From positions 1,920,001 through 1,984,000 of the forward strand of contig OZ242318.1 in assembly GCA_965208105.1 (NCBI GenBank): 64,000 nt of DNA, in the 5' to 3' direction. The notes below the pieces were generated by a model that was given only the letters and a program-made list of their open reading frames with translations, was not told the origin of the DNA and did not search any database. This DNA is from Candidatus Latescibacterota bacterium. Its GTDB lineage: Bacteria; Latescibacterota; UBA2968; UBA8231. Below, in pieces: positions 28,998 to 38,642 of the stretch (position 1 is the stretch's first letter; each line of letters starts with the position of its first letter). The position numbers and the translations under genes are program-made.

Positions 28998-30524
28998 ATG
29001 GCTCTGATCGAGATCGGCTCACAGAAGCAGTTGTTCCTCGACGACTACCTGATCGAGAGCATGACCCAGGCCAGGCAGAGCGTCAATCCCGCCGTCAAGG
29101 TGGCTCACAACCCCGTCATCCGGTCCGAGCGCCCCTGGGAAGGCAACCACGTCGCGCTGTCCTCGGTGGTGTTCGACGACGAGGACGGCCTCTTCAAGAT
29201 GTGGTACTCCGCCAGAAACCTGAAGGTGGACCCCCGGTTACTCCCCGGCGGGGCCTCGGGAGTCGTGATCGGCGGCGAGGACGACTCCCCCGTGACCTGC
29301 CTGGCCACCTCCGAGGACGGCATCCACTGGGAGCGGCCGGTGCTGGGGCTGGTGGAGCATGCCGGGTCGAAGGAGAACAACATCGTCCCGCCCGGCATCG
29401 TCGAGTCCCCTTCCTTCCTCGACCGGAACGAGCGCGACCCGGCCAGGCGCTACAAGGCGATGAAGTGGACCATGGACACCACCAAACCCATGCAGTCCAG
29501 CCTCTACTACTCCCCCGACGGGTTGGCGTGGACGCCCTATTCCGGCAATCCCGTCATCGACACCACCCCCGTCGCCGGCCGCTGGGGGCCGACCTACTTC
29601 ATGGGCTGGGACCCCATCCGCGAGACCTACGCGGCCTACGTGGAGTGCAGCCACCACATGCGGACCCTCTACGGCAGGCGGCTCATCGGCCGCGCCGAGA
29701 GTCCCGACATGGTCCACTGGACCGAGCCGGAGACCGTCCTCGTTCCCGACGCCGACGACTATCCCGATACGGAGTTCTATCGCCTGGTGGTTATTCCCTA
29801 CGCCGGGATCTACGTCGGCCTGCTCTGGATCTTCCGCACCACCAACCTGACCCACCACCCCGAGGTCATCGTCAGCCGCGACGGGTTCCACTGGGAGCGC
29901 CCTTACCGGGAGCCGTTCATCGTCCGCGGCGGCCGCCGGGAGGACTTCGATTCCAGCAACGTCTACCTGGGGCAGGCCATCGTGCACGACGGCCGCGTCC
30001 TTCTCTACTACCACGGCACCAACCACCGCGCCGCGCAGCAGATGCTGGAGCTGGGCGAAGCCGCCACCGCGGCCGTCGGGCTGGCGGTCTGTCCCCTGGA
30101 CGGATTCGTGTCGGTGGACGGCGGCAAGGGCTGGGTGGCCCCCCCGGCAGACAGGACCGACCTGGACGGGCTGCACCAGGAGGCCCTGATGCGGGTGCTG
30201 TCCAGCCCCGAAGCATTTGGCCGACTGGTCACGCGCTCCTTCGGCTTCACCGGGTCGAGGCTGCATATCAACTGCGCCGCCACCCCTGTCGCCGCCGGCC
30301 CCGGGCCCGCCGAGCTGCGCGTGGAGGTGCTCACCGCCAACCACCGCAGGATCGAGGGGTTCACCTTCGACGACGCCGACCCCATCACCCGGTCCGGGCA
30401 GGACCACGTCGTCTCCTGGAACGGCGACCCCGAGCTGAGCCGCCTGGCAAACAGGCCGATCAAGCTGAGGTTCTACTTCAAGAACGCCAAGCTCTTCTCT
30501 TTCCAGTTCAGGACGCCCCAATAG
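28998..30524 (+). CDS. Glycoside-hydrolase-like beta-propeller protein (paralogue 4)
   Basis: QLFLDDYLI, FKMWY, ATSEDGIHWERPVLG, RRYKA, SRDGFHW and LDGFVSV; AAGGAG SD. Confidence 0.72.
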   Translation: MALIEIGSQKQLFLDDYLIESMTQARQSVNPAVKVAHNPVIRSERPWEGNHVALSSVVFDDEDGLFKMWYSARNLKVDPRLLPGGASGVVIGGEDDSPVTCLATSEDGIHWERPVLGLVEHAGSKENNIVPPGIVESPSFLDRNERDPARRYKAMKWTMDTTKPMQSSLYYSPDGLAWTPYSGNPVIDTTPVAGRWGPTYFMGWDPIRETYAAYVECSHHMRTLYGRRLIGRAESPDMVHWTEPETVLVPDADDYPDTEFYRLVVIPYAGIYVGLLWIFRTTNLTHHPEVIVSRDGFHWERPYREPFIVRGGRREDFDSSNVYLGQAIVHDGRVLLYYHGTNHRAAQQMLELGEAATAAVGLAVCPLDGFVSVDGGKGWVAPPADRTDLDGLHQEALMRVLSSPEAFGRLVTRSFGFTGSRLHINCAATPVAAGPGPAELRVEVLTANHRRIEGFTFDDADPITRSGQDHVVSWNGDPELSRLANRPIKLRFYFKNAKLFSFQFRTPQ

Positions 30525-30935
30525 CCCGGCACGGCCATCTCCCGCCCGCGCCATGGGAAATGACGGCGCCTACCCGGAGCAGCAACCTTCGGCCGGTGAC
30601 TCGGTTCCCACCGGACCTCGGCCCCCGCCTGCACATGCTCGTTCTCGACCGTTTCTAAGTCGGTGGGACGCTTATTGTTCCTATTTGATTTTTCTTGATT
30701 TTCAGTGCCGGGAGTGTTTTATTCCCTTGATAATGCAAGCTGGGTGAAAGCGCAGGACCCAGGTTTGCGGGTTCTCATTCAAACCGACCGGTGAACGGTT
30801 GTTCATTTTCCTGCACTTAATTATTTTCCCTGCACCAAATCAGAGAGAAGAAAGGAGGTAGATGCAGGAGAGTTTTTCGATGGGAGGCGGATTGGTGGGC
30901 AATTTGATCGCCAAATTTTAACCAGGAGGAAAACC

Positions 30936-32822
30936 ATGCGTGCATTGCGCATCAGTTTATTTGGACTGGCCCTCGGCGTGCTGGCCGCGGGCACGGCTTG
31001 GGCCGAGGAACAGGCACCGACCTTCCCCTCCTCACCCGACTGGGATGGCAACTTCTCTCAGCCCGAGGTTTCCGGGGTGTTCAACCCCATGCGGATTACG
31101 GTCGAGGACGTGGCCTATGACGGGCAGGGCAGTGCGACCATCCCCTTCAGCCTCAACCAGCGCGGCCGGGCCTGGGTGGCCATCTACGAGACGGGCAACA
31201 CCGAGACCGGACGAACCGGACCCTTCGGCGCCTGGTGGCGCTTCGAACCGCAGGACAAGTTCGTGGCCATGACACCGGACCAGATCTTCGAGGCGGGCAG
31301 GAACACGATCACCTGGGACGGGAATGACTGGGAGGGCAATGCCGCGGGGGCCGGCCAGTACGAATTCGACCTGATCGCGGTCAACAACATCGACAAGCCC
31401 GTCCTGGCTGGTCCCGGCTCCGGCACCGGTTTCGGCCACAACCGCATCGACACCCGCCATGACCCGGCCGAGATCTGGTGTCAGGAAGCCGACCGCGCCG
31501 GAGGCGACGGCCTGTACGGGGCCGGCGACATCATCCGCGGCACCATGGGCACCGACTACCTTGCCAACCCGAACGCCTGGGAGCGCTGGACCTACAACGA
31601 CGTGCTGAATTTCGAAGGGGCGCGCACCCTGGGCGGATTCCGCCCTGACGACGCCAGCACCGAGATCTTCTGGACCACCCAGCACAGCGGTGAGTTCGGA
31701 GGGCTCTACAAGATGATCATCAATCGCTCGGCCAGAGCCTGGGACCGGGACGAATCCTTCGGCGACAACGGCTTTGCCGCCAACAAGGAGGACAGAATCG
31801 TTGGGATCGAGCCCTGGGAACCTCTGGGCATCGTCTACGCGGGGCACGACAGCAAGGGCGATGTGCCCTTCCCCTCCATCGAGTCATGGGACAAGACTTC
31901 GGGCGAGATCAGCCGCGAGTTCGACATGTCCGACATCTATATCCTCTCCAGGACCGATGACGAGGGCAATGAGGTGGTCTTCGCAACGGGTCCGCGCAAT
32001 ATCGCGGTCAATTCCCTGGGGATTTGGACTTCTTCCTGGTCCTCGCAGAAGATCGCGCACGTGAACCACAACGGCGACCTCATATGGATGAACGACAATG
32101 GCGATTTCAGAGGGGACAGAATCTCCAACGAGGATGCGGCCGAACTCGGCATGTCAGGCGGGTCCGTTTCCACCAACATGCAGATGGGGGTCCGAAGCAC
32201 AGGAGCTACGCTCTTCATGGCCTCCTACGGCAACGAGCGGGGCGCGGACTTCAGCGGCTATGGGCGCGACGGTGCCGGCCTCATGGACGTCATATTGCCG
32301 TCCTCCATCGGTCCCTTCCGTCCCGAAACGAGCTGGTACCTCACCATCGTCGACGACGGGGACGGCCCCTACGACGGCGCCTACACCAGCGGTCATTACT
32401 ATCTGATAACCAGGGAATTCAGCGCCCCCGAGGAAGGAAAACGGGGTCCGGGCGCGTTGATGTACATCCCCCTGGATTTGGAGACCGCCAATCTCGGCGC
32501 AGGCGCGACCGCGGTTGAGGCCGTCGAGAGCGCCGGCACGCCCGACAGCTACAGCCTGGGCCGGGCCTATCCCAACCCGTTCAATCCGGAGACCACCATC
32601 GAGTTCAGCGTGCCGTCTGACGGCTACGTCGAGATCGGGGTTTACAACGCGGTCGGCCAGCAGGTGGCCAGCCTGGTGGACAAGGAACTGAGCGCGGGCA
32701 ACTACAAGACCACGTGGGATGCGCTCGACCGCAGCGGTCAGAAGGTGTCGAGCGGGGTCTACTTCTACCGGATGCAGGCCGGCGACTTCAGCGCCACGCA
32801 TTCCATGAGCCTGCTCAAATAG
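30936..32822 (+). CDS. Secreted protein with FlgD-Ig-like domains and a T9SS-sorting-like C-terminus
   Basis: Signal peptide (…TAWA|EE); TITWDGND..AGAGQY near the N-terminus; C-terminal YPNPFNPETTIEF..WDA..SGVYFYRM; AGGAGG SD. Confidence 0.8.
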   Translation: MRALRISLFGLALGVLAAGTAWAEEQAPTFPSSPDWDGNFSQPEVSGVFNPMRITVEDVAYDGQGSATIPFSLNQRGRAWVAIYETGNTETGRTGPFGAWWRFEPQDKFVAMTPDQIFEAGRNTITWDGNDWEGNAAGAGQYEFDLIAVNNIDKPVLAGPGSGTGFGHNRIDTRHDPAEIWCQEADRAGGDGLYGAGDIIRGTMGTDYLANPNAWERWTYNDVLNFEGARTLGGFRPDDASTEIFWTTQHSGEFGGLYKMIINRSARAWDRDESFGDNGFAANKEDRIVGIEPWEPLGIVYAGHDSKGDVPFPSIESWDKTSGEISREFDMSDIYILSRTDDEGNEVVFATGPRNIAVNSLGIWTSSWSSQKIAHVNHNGDLIWMNDNGDFRGDRISNEDAAELGMSGGSVSTNMQMGVRSTGATLFMASYGNERGADFSGYGRDGAGLMDVILPSSIGPFRPETSWYLTIVDDGDGPYDGAYTSGHYYLITREFSAPEEGKRGPGALMYIPLDLETANLGAGATAVEAVESAGTPDSYSLGRAYPNPFNPETTIEFSVPSDGYVEIGVYNAVGQQVASLVDKELSAGNYKTTWDALDRSGQKVSSGVYFYRMQAGDFSATHSMSLLK

Positions 32823-32883
32823 CCTTGCCCGATCCGGGTAAAGCTGCAGATGCCGTGCGGAAGTAGATTCTCTGTCTGAAATC

Positions 32884-32915
32884 GCGGGGGGCGGGCCGAA
32901 AGGTTCGCCCCCCGC
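32884..32915. terminator. GC-rich hairpin between convergent genes
   Basis: GCGGGGGGCGGGCC-GAAA-GGTTCGCCCCCCGC; no clear U-tract. Confidence 0.5.
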
Positions 32916-32993
32916 AGGCATGCCGGCTGAGTTGCGCGTGCTTTTCGGTTCAGCCGGCTCGCCTGGGGCACGGCTGCCCGAGCCCCGCCCGGA

Positions 32994-34979
32994 TCACCAC
33001 CAGTGCACCCGGTGGCCCGAGGTGGGGAACCAGATCATGTCCACGATGGTGGAGAGCACCACCCCTATCACGTAACCCACCCCCAGACCGTAGAAGAACG
33101 GCTTGCCCGCCAGGTAGGCCCTGATCCCCCCGAAACGCAGAAGCGACGCCTTGATGATCAGGATCAGCAGGAAGTTGATCCAGTACCACCACGCCGTGTG
33201 CGTCATCTGCACGATCAGGCCGATGGGATGGAGGGGCAGCCAGTGGAAGCGGTTGCGCAGCAGGGTGAGGACCCCCGCCTCAAGGAAACCAGCCCACCAC
33301 AGGACCCACTTGCCCAGACTGGGCGCGGTGGGATTGTTGATGAGGTGGACCAGGTCGTTGAACCCCCAGGTGGTCCTGCGCCACAGATAGATCGCTCCTC
33401 CCTCGGTGTAGGCCAGGTCGAGCAGCGCCCACAGGGCGACGACGAATCCCACCGGAAAGCTCACCAGCACCACCGCCGCCACCCACCCCGGCTGCCGTTT
33501 CAGCGAGAAAATCCGCAGGTGGTGCGCGATCGCCGGCCACGCCGGAATGGTGAAGTGGCCCAGGAAGGCATAGCTGGTGAAAACCTTGAAGGGCACCAGC
33601 CGCCGCGCCGGCACGTAGATCGAACCGACCAGCTCCAGGAAGAAGGCGTCTCCCTTCAGGTAGACCCGCGGCGGGTAGAGATAGGCGATGCCGCTGGCCG
33701 CCACCATCTTGACGGTGACGAAATAGGCGATCACCATCAGCCCGAAGCTGCCCACCGCCATGGGCAGGCTCACCCCCATGCTCACCGCCCACCCCACCAC
33801 GTAGAGCCCCGAAACCACCAGGCCCACCAGCGCCATCCGGTAGTTGAGCACCTCGCGTTGGTCCCCATCGCCCGAGAGCACCTGCCGCCATATCCCGCGC
33901 AGATGACGGCGCGCGATCCAGATCGACCACAGACCCACGAAGACGAGGGCGCCGTGGCTCTCGGTCCACAGGAAAAGCCGCATATCGGTGGAGGCAAAGC
34001 CGATGTCCGGCGCCCCGTAACGCCGGATCAGCCCCATTTTGAAGGTGGCCAGGACGTGGAAGATGACGATGCTGCCCAGGATGTGGACCGGACACAGGTA
34101 GACCACCATCAAAATCAGGGGCATCACCCGGATGAAGCCGTAGACGAGCCCGTGGTCGAACCAGTAGCGGTAGTAGTCCCAGAACAGGCCGAAGGTGGGC
34201 AGCCCCGGGACGAAATAGGTGACGATGTTGTGGATCTGCGGCAGGACGACCACGGCGAAGCCGATCCAGAACAGCCTCGAGCGGAAGAGCTTGGGCAGCC
34301 GCCGTTTCTGCTCGAATCCCTCGGTCAGGTCCCGCGGCAGCTGCGCCAGCGGGTAGGGGAGCTTCTCGTTCTCCTGCCACTGGTGCCGGAAGACGACGAG
34401 CAGGCAGTAGCCGAAAACCGTCGCTGCACCCGTGGCTCCCAGCCATTCGACCACCGTTTCCACCCAGCCGTCCCAGGGCACCGACATCCCCTGGGGCAGC
34501 CCGTTCCACAAGTTGTCGACGACCCTGGAGGTGGGAGGCACGAAGACCTCCCAGGGCAGGTGGCCGAAGAGGATGTCGGCCCAGCGGTTCTCGTCGTCGG
34601 CGAAGTAGGTTGGAGCCGACAGCAGGGAGGCCCAGAAGTTGATCCACATGGGGGTGACGGCCACCACCCAGGTCATGCCGAAGATGGTGAGCATCTCGCC
34701 CCGGCGCAGCGACAGGCGGGGCAGGATCAGCGCCAGCGCCGCGTTGAGGAAGAGCCACAGCACGAAGGGCATGAACGCCGACATCGGATACTGCGACTGC
34801 ACGTAGGTGCCCGAGCCCTGCTTCTGGGCGATCTGGATGATGTAGTAGAACGTCCCCGCGATGGTCACCAGGCCGAGGAGCATCGCCCGCAGGGTGATCA
34901 GCGGCGGTGTCTCATCTCCTTCGCCCGGCGGAGGGACGGGGCCCTCGGGGCGCGGCATTGTCGGCGCCGCCTCATTCAT
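32994..34979 (-). CDS. Multi-pass membrane protein, DUF6785/DUF6784-like, paralogue 2
   Basis: Colinear with 15911-17908 (SQYP, EKLPYPLAQL, IPAWPAIAHHLRIFS, AGKPFFYG, GHRVHWW end). Confidence 0.72.
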   Translation of the reverse strand: MNEAAPTMPRPEGPVPPPGEGDETPPLITLRAMLLGLVTIAGTFYYIIQIAQKQGSGTYVQSQYPMSAFMPFVLWLFLNAALALILPRLSLRRGEMLTIFGMTWVVAVTPMWINFWASLLSAPTYFADDENRWADILFGHLPWEVFVPPTSRVVDNLWNGLPQGMSVPWDGWVETVVEWLGATGAATVFGYCLLVVFRHQWQENEKLPYPLAQLPRDLTEGFEQKRRLPKLFRSRLFWIGFAVVVLPQIHNIVTYFVPGLPTFGLFWDYYRYWFDHGLVYGFIRVMPLILMVVYLCPVHILGSIVIFHVLATFKMGLIRRYGAPDIGFASTDMRLFLWTESHGALVFVGLWSIWIARRHLRGIWRQVLSGDGDQREVLNYRMALVGLVVSGLYVVGWAVSMGVSLPMAVGSFGLMVIAYFVTVKMVAASGIAYLYPPRVYLKGDAFFLELVGSIYVPARRLVPFKVFTSYAFLGHFTIPAWPAIAHHLRIFSLKRQPGWVAAVVLVSFPVGFVVALWALLDLAYTEGGAIYLWRRTTWGFNDLVHLINNPTAPSLGKWVLWWAGFLEAGVLTLLRNRFHWLPLHPIGLIVQMTHTAWWYWINFLLILIIKASLLRFGGIRAYLAGKPFFYGLGVGYVIGVVLSTIVDMIWFPTSGHRVHWW

Positions 34980-35009
34980 GTGCTTGGACTCGTCGGTCCA
35001 TGGACTGCT

Positions 35010-36314
35010 TCATGGACCCGGTGATTCCAGATCGGAAGGCCGCAGCGACTTGGTCGCGAACATGAGCGCACCGAGCAGGATCAGCAACAGGACCGTGCCG
35101 ACGAGCAGCGCGTATTCGTCCAGTTGAAGTATCAGGTAGAGCGCCGAATAGAGGACTATCAGCACGAGTCCCAGGGCAGCGGCGACGGACCTCATGCGGC
35201 TGGCGAACCAGATGTAGGAAACCGTCATTGCCGCCAGGATTATCACCGACAGGGCGTATCCAGCCCCGAACCCGATATGTTCCGAGAGGGACAGCACGGT
35301 GAGGAAGAACAGCACCAGTCCGGCGCCGACGACCCCGTACTGGATGATGTGGAACCGAGTCTTTGTCACCAGCTCGATGCAGACAATGCTGACCATGGTC
35401 ATCACGATGAACAGGACACCATACTTTATCGTGCGTTCGACCGCGCGGTAGGGCGTGTTCAGGTTCAGGATGGAGTAGCCTAGATCCTTTGCCCACCCCG
35501 AGCTGCTGGCGATGCTTCGCAGCGCCAACTCGAGCTCCGCCGTGGTCACGATCGCGGGAAACCCCCGCGACAACGCATGGGTGGACCACGATGCCGAAAA
35601 CCCGCCGCCGCCGACCTCGCGCGCGTCAGGCAGGTACCTTCCGTCGAAACTCGGGTCCGGCCAATCCGACTGCATTCTGACTTCGGTGTTCTCCCCCACC
35701 GGCAGGACGGAGAAGCGTTCCGTTCCGCGCAGTTGGAGCTCGACGGTGACGGTTCCCCCCGCGAGCAGCGCATCGGGATCGAGCTCTGCCTGCACCGCGT
35801 TTCCGAGTCCGCGCAGCTGTATCGAGGCAAGGTCCTGCAGCTCGTCGCCGTTCCATCGAATGGCGGCGTCGCGGACGCCCCGGCTGTCGGAAACGCCCAG
35901 GACTACTGCGGCCTGCTCGATCTCCCCGTCCAGCTCGCTGGCATCGATGGGACCGACCTCGGCTGTCGCGGAGACGGTTGCGGTGAACACCGGAATTTCG
36001 AAGATGCCGCGGTTGCGCATTTCGTGAGAGGACTCGTGCGTCACCGTCAGCCGCACGGGCATGCAGACCACGTCCTCGCGGCGAGTTGCGGAATCGCTGG
36101 AATCCTCCCCCTCCTGCCTCAGCCTTACCAGCAGGGCCGGACCCGCAACGGCCTGCGGCCCCGACCAGGCCTGGGCGACGTCGGAAAGGGCCTCCTCGTA
36201 GTAGCTCTTGCGTTCGTTGACGAGAACCATTACCGACACCAGCGGGATCATGAGCGCGGCGATGATGCCGATGACCAGTACGAATCGAATGCTGACGGGT
36301 TCTATTCTGAACAT
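35010..36314 (-). CDS. creD: Inner membrane protein CreD
   Basis: LMIPL..ER, SDWPDPSFDGRYLP, ERTIKYGVLFI, HIIQY and LSLSEHIGF. Confidence 0.9.
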   Translation of the reverse strand: MFRIEPVSIRFVLVIGIIAALMIPLVSVMVLVNERKSYYEEALSDVAQAWSGPQAVAGPALLVRLRQEGEDSSDSATRREDVVCMPVRLTVTHESSHEMRNRGIFEIPVFTATVSATAEVGPIDASELDGEIEQAAVVLGVSDSRGVRDAAIRWNGDELQDLASIQLRGLGNAVQAELDPDALLAGGTVTVELQLRGTERFSVLPVGENTEVRMQSDWPDPSFDGRYLPDAREVGGGGFSASWSTHALSRGFPAIVTTAELELALRSIASSSGWAKDLGYSILNLNTPYRAVERTIKYGVLFIVMTMVSIVCIELVTKTRFHIIQYGVVGAGLVLFFLTVLSLSEHIGFGAGYALSVIILAAMTVSYIWFASRMRSVAAALGLVLIVLYSALYLILQLDEYALLVGTVLLLILLGALMFATKSLRPSDLESPGP

Positions 36315-36479
36315 GTGTTCGTTGTCCCTGGGAAATCAGGTTGAGTGTGTGGCCGCTGCAGACCTATCCGGATCGAGGCCCGGTTCGGTGGGATCGCAGG
36401 GTGCGCCCGGAAGCCCGGGAGCCGGCGGCGGAAGACGGCGATCGGGATGGGCGGCCCCCCTTGCCCAATGCCGCAACCA

Positions 36480-37298
36480 TCACGAGCTCGCTCTCAGTTT
36501 GGCCAGCTCCGCGGGCATGTGGCCCTGGTGCGCCAGCACCTGCTCCAGATGGGTGCGGCGCCGAGGTCCCGCCGTGGCCAGCATTATTTCGTCGTACATA
36601 CTGTCGATGCCGTAGCGGACGTGGGCGCTGATGCACCACTTGAGGATGCCGATGTGCTCCTCGGGCACCCTTTCGCAGCAGTTGATGGTGAACATGCGGC
36701 GGCGCCGGCCGCCGCCGAAGGAGGCGTGCTTGATGCTGTGCATGAAGACCACCACGTCGCCCGGTTCGGTTTCCACCGCCAGCGACGGTACGTCCTGCGC
36801 TTCTATCCCCCACGCATCGGTCGACTCCTTGATCACCTCCTGGAGCCGCGACGAAAAGGTATCTTCGAGCCGGTGGCTTCCCGGAATCAGGCGCAGACAG
36901 CCGGAATCCCGCTTCACCGGGTCGAGGTAGAAGGCGACCTTGACGAACCTCACCTCGCTGATCCAGCGGTCCGAATGCCACGGCGTATCGCCGACGTAGA
37001 AGTTGCCGTCCGAGCCGACGTAGTTGAAACCCTCGCCGACGAGCCCTTCGACCAGGCCTTCGATCCGGGGATCGTCCAGCAGGGCGCAAAGGCGCTCGTG
37101 CTGGTCGATGAAGGGAACGATCTGCGAGTTCCTGCTGCCGTCGTGCCGCTGGCCGTTGTTGGCCGGCCGCCGCGCCCAGACCTCCTCGAAGGCATCGATG
37201 ATCTCGCCCACGCTGTCTTGCAGCAGGCCGGGCAGGACGAGAAAACCGAAGCTCTCGAAGAATGCCTTCTGCTGCGGAGAAAGCTGAAAGCGGTCCAT
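36480..37298 (-). CDS. Phytanoyl-CoA dioxygenase (PhyH) family Fe/2OG oxygenase
   Basis: FFESFGFL, WHSD, GCLRLIPGSH, PGDVVVF..IKHA and RR. Confidence 0.88.
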   Translation of the reverse strand: MDRFQLSPQQKAFFESFGFLVLPGLLQDSVGEIIDAFEEVWARRPANNGQRHDGSRNSQIVPFIDQHERLCALLDDPRIEGLVEGLVGEGFNYVGSDGNFYVGDTPWHSDRWISEVRFVKVAFYLDPVKRDSGCLRLIPGSHRLEDTFSSRLQEVIKESTDAWGIEAQDVPSLAVETEPGDVVVFMHSIKHASFGGGRRRRMFTINCCERVPEEHIGILKWCISAHVRYGIDSMYDEIMLATAGPRRRTHLEQVLAHQGHMPAELAKLRASS

Positions 37299-37453
37299 TA
37301 TGCTCCAACTCCTTCATATGAGTCCGGGACGGCCGGCCAGCCTCCTGCCGCGCCGACCATGGATGGGGGAATGGAGTCGCGGCCCTCACTCCCGCGAGTC
37401 GACCCGGGCCTACTTGGGCGAGATTCGCAAATGAGGGAAGGTGGCGGCAGCGC

Positions 37454-38314
37454 TCATTCCCACGAGTCCACACCGGCAAGTTTGCGGCCCAGGGGCGTCA
37501 GCTCGGCGGTGGGCGACTCGTGGTGCTCACGCCCATCTCTATAGCGCCCCCCGAGAGCGTACCTTCCCGTCAGGCGCCGGCGCCAGAAGTCCACCCGGAT
37601 CCGGCGTGCTTCCTTGCCGTCGTCGCGCGCCGGCTCCATGGCGATGTATTGAGCCACGCGGGGCCGCACACCCCGGTTGATGCCGGCCGAGTGCGGCAGG
37701 GCCGTGCGCCAGATGATCAGGTCGCCGGCTTCGGCTCCGATGCGCCGGGGCGGATCGTCCCCCTCGTAGGTCCTGCCGCCAGGAGGCAGACGTTCGAGCC
37801 AGTCCTCCAGTTTCCTGTGGAATCCCGGGACGCAGACAAAGGCCCCCTGTTTCGCGGGGGTGTCGTTCAGGTAAAGGACGCCCTGCACTCCGAAGGCCAC
37901 CGGACGGTCTTCCAGGTCTGCGTCCCAGTGCAGTCCCTCTTCCTGCTGGCCTGGGTCGCGGCTCGGGGGATTTATGCTGGCGCGGTCGTGGCTGACCCAC
38001 AGCTTTTCGCTGCCGAATATCTGGCTGAAGGCCCGGTGCACGCGCGGGGCGGTGCGGTTGTTCCACAGGGTCTGGTGGTGGTAGATCTCGATCATGATGG
38101 TGCCCTTGCGGGCCGGGACCCCGGGGCCATCGGGGCCGGCCGGCCCCGGCGGCGGCTCCGCGTACCAGGTGCCCGGATCATCCGGGTCCTTTTGCGCAAA
38201 CGCCCAGATGGCGCGGGCGGTTTCCTCGGCCTGTTCTCGTGAGACGGCCTGGCGGGCGATGACGTAGCCGTTTTCGTCGAAGAATTCCAGATCTCTGTCG
38301 CTGAGCACGGACAT
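37454..38314 (-). CDS. PhyH family Fe/2OG oxygenase
   Basis: FFDENGYVI, LHWD, VQGVLYL.DT, CVPGFH and AGDLIIW..LPH; GGAGG SD before ATG 38314. Confidence 0.86.
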   Translation of the reverse strand: MSVLSDRDLEFFDENGYVIARQAVSREQAEETARAIWAFAQKDPDDPGTWYAEPPPGPAGPDGPGVPARKGTIMIEIYHHQTLWNNRTAPRVHRAFSQIFGSEKLWVSHDRASINPPSRDPGQQEEGLHWDADLEDRPVAFGVQGVLYLNDTPAKQGAFVCVPGFHRKLEDWLERLPPGGRTYEGDDPPRRIGAEAGDLIIWRTALPHSAGINRGVRPRVAQYIAMEPARDDGKEARRIRVDFWRRRLTGRYALGGRYRDGREHHESPTAELTPLGRKLAGVDSWE

Positions 38315-38642
38315 GGAAACTACCCTCCGGTTATGCGTTGGCACCGGCCTGCCCTGGAGCCCCTTTTTCCCCTTGGCAAAATCAACCTGGGCCCTGGTAG
38401 AACCCCGCCAGGTTTGACACAGGAGGAGACGAGTATTCAATCCCTTACTTCTGTCCTTTACTTTAGATAGTGGCGCCCCCCGGTGCAAGGCGAACCCGAC
38501 CTCCCTGGCGAAGTGGATGGCGCGCATCCTGCCAAACGTTTTAACCCGCCCTCAACGCCAGTGGATCAGGTCCGTTGCCCGGGTTTGCCGGGATGGGCGG
38601 GAAGACTTTTTTTATGGACAGACCCTTGCAGGCCAGCGGAGC

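Noticed and set aside
38517-38642. Upstream start (38517) for the UxxU gene
   Set aside because: It would bury the signal peptide; the SD and export signal point to ATG 38643/38646.
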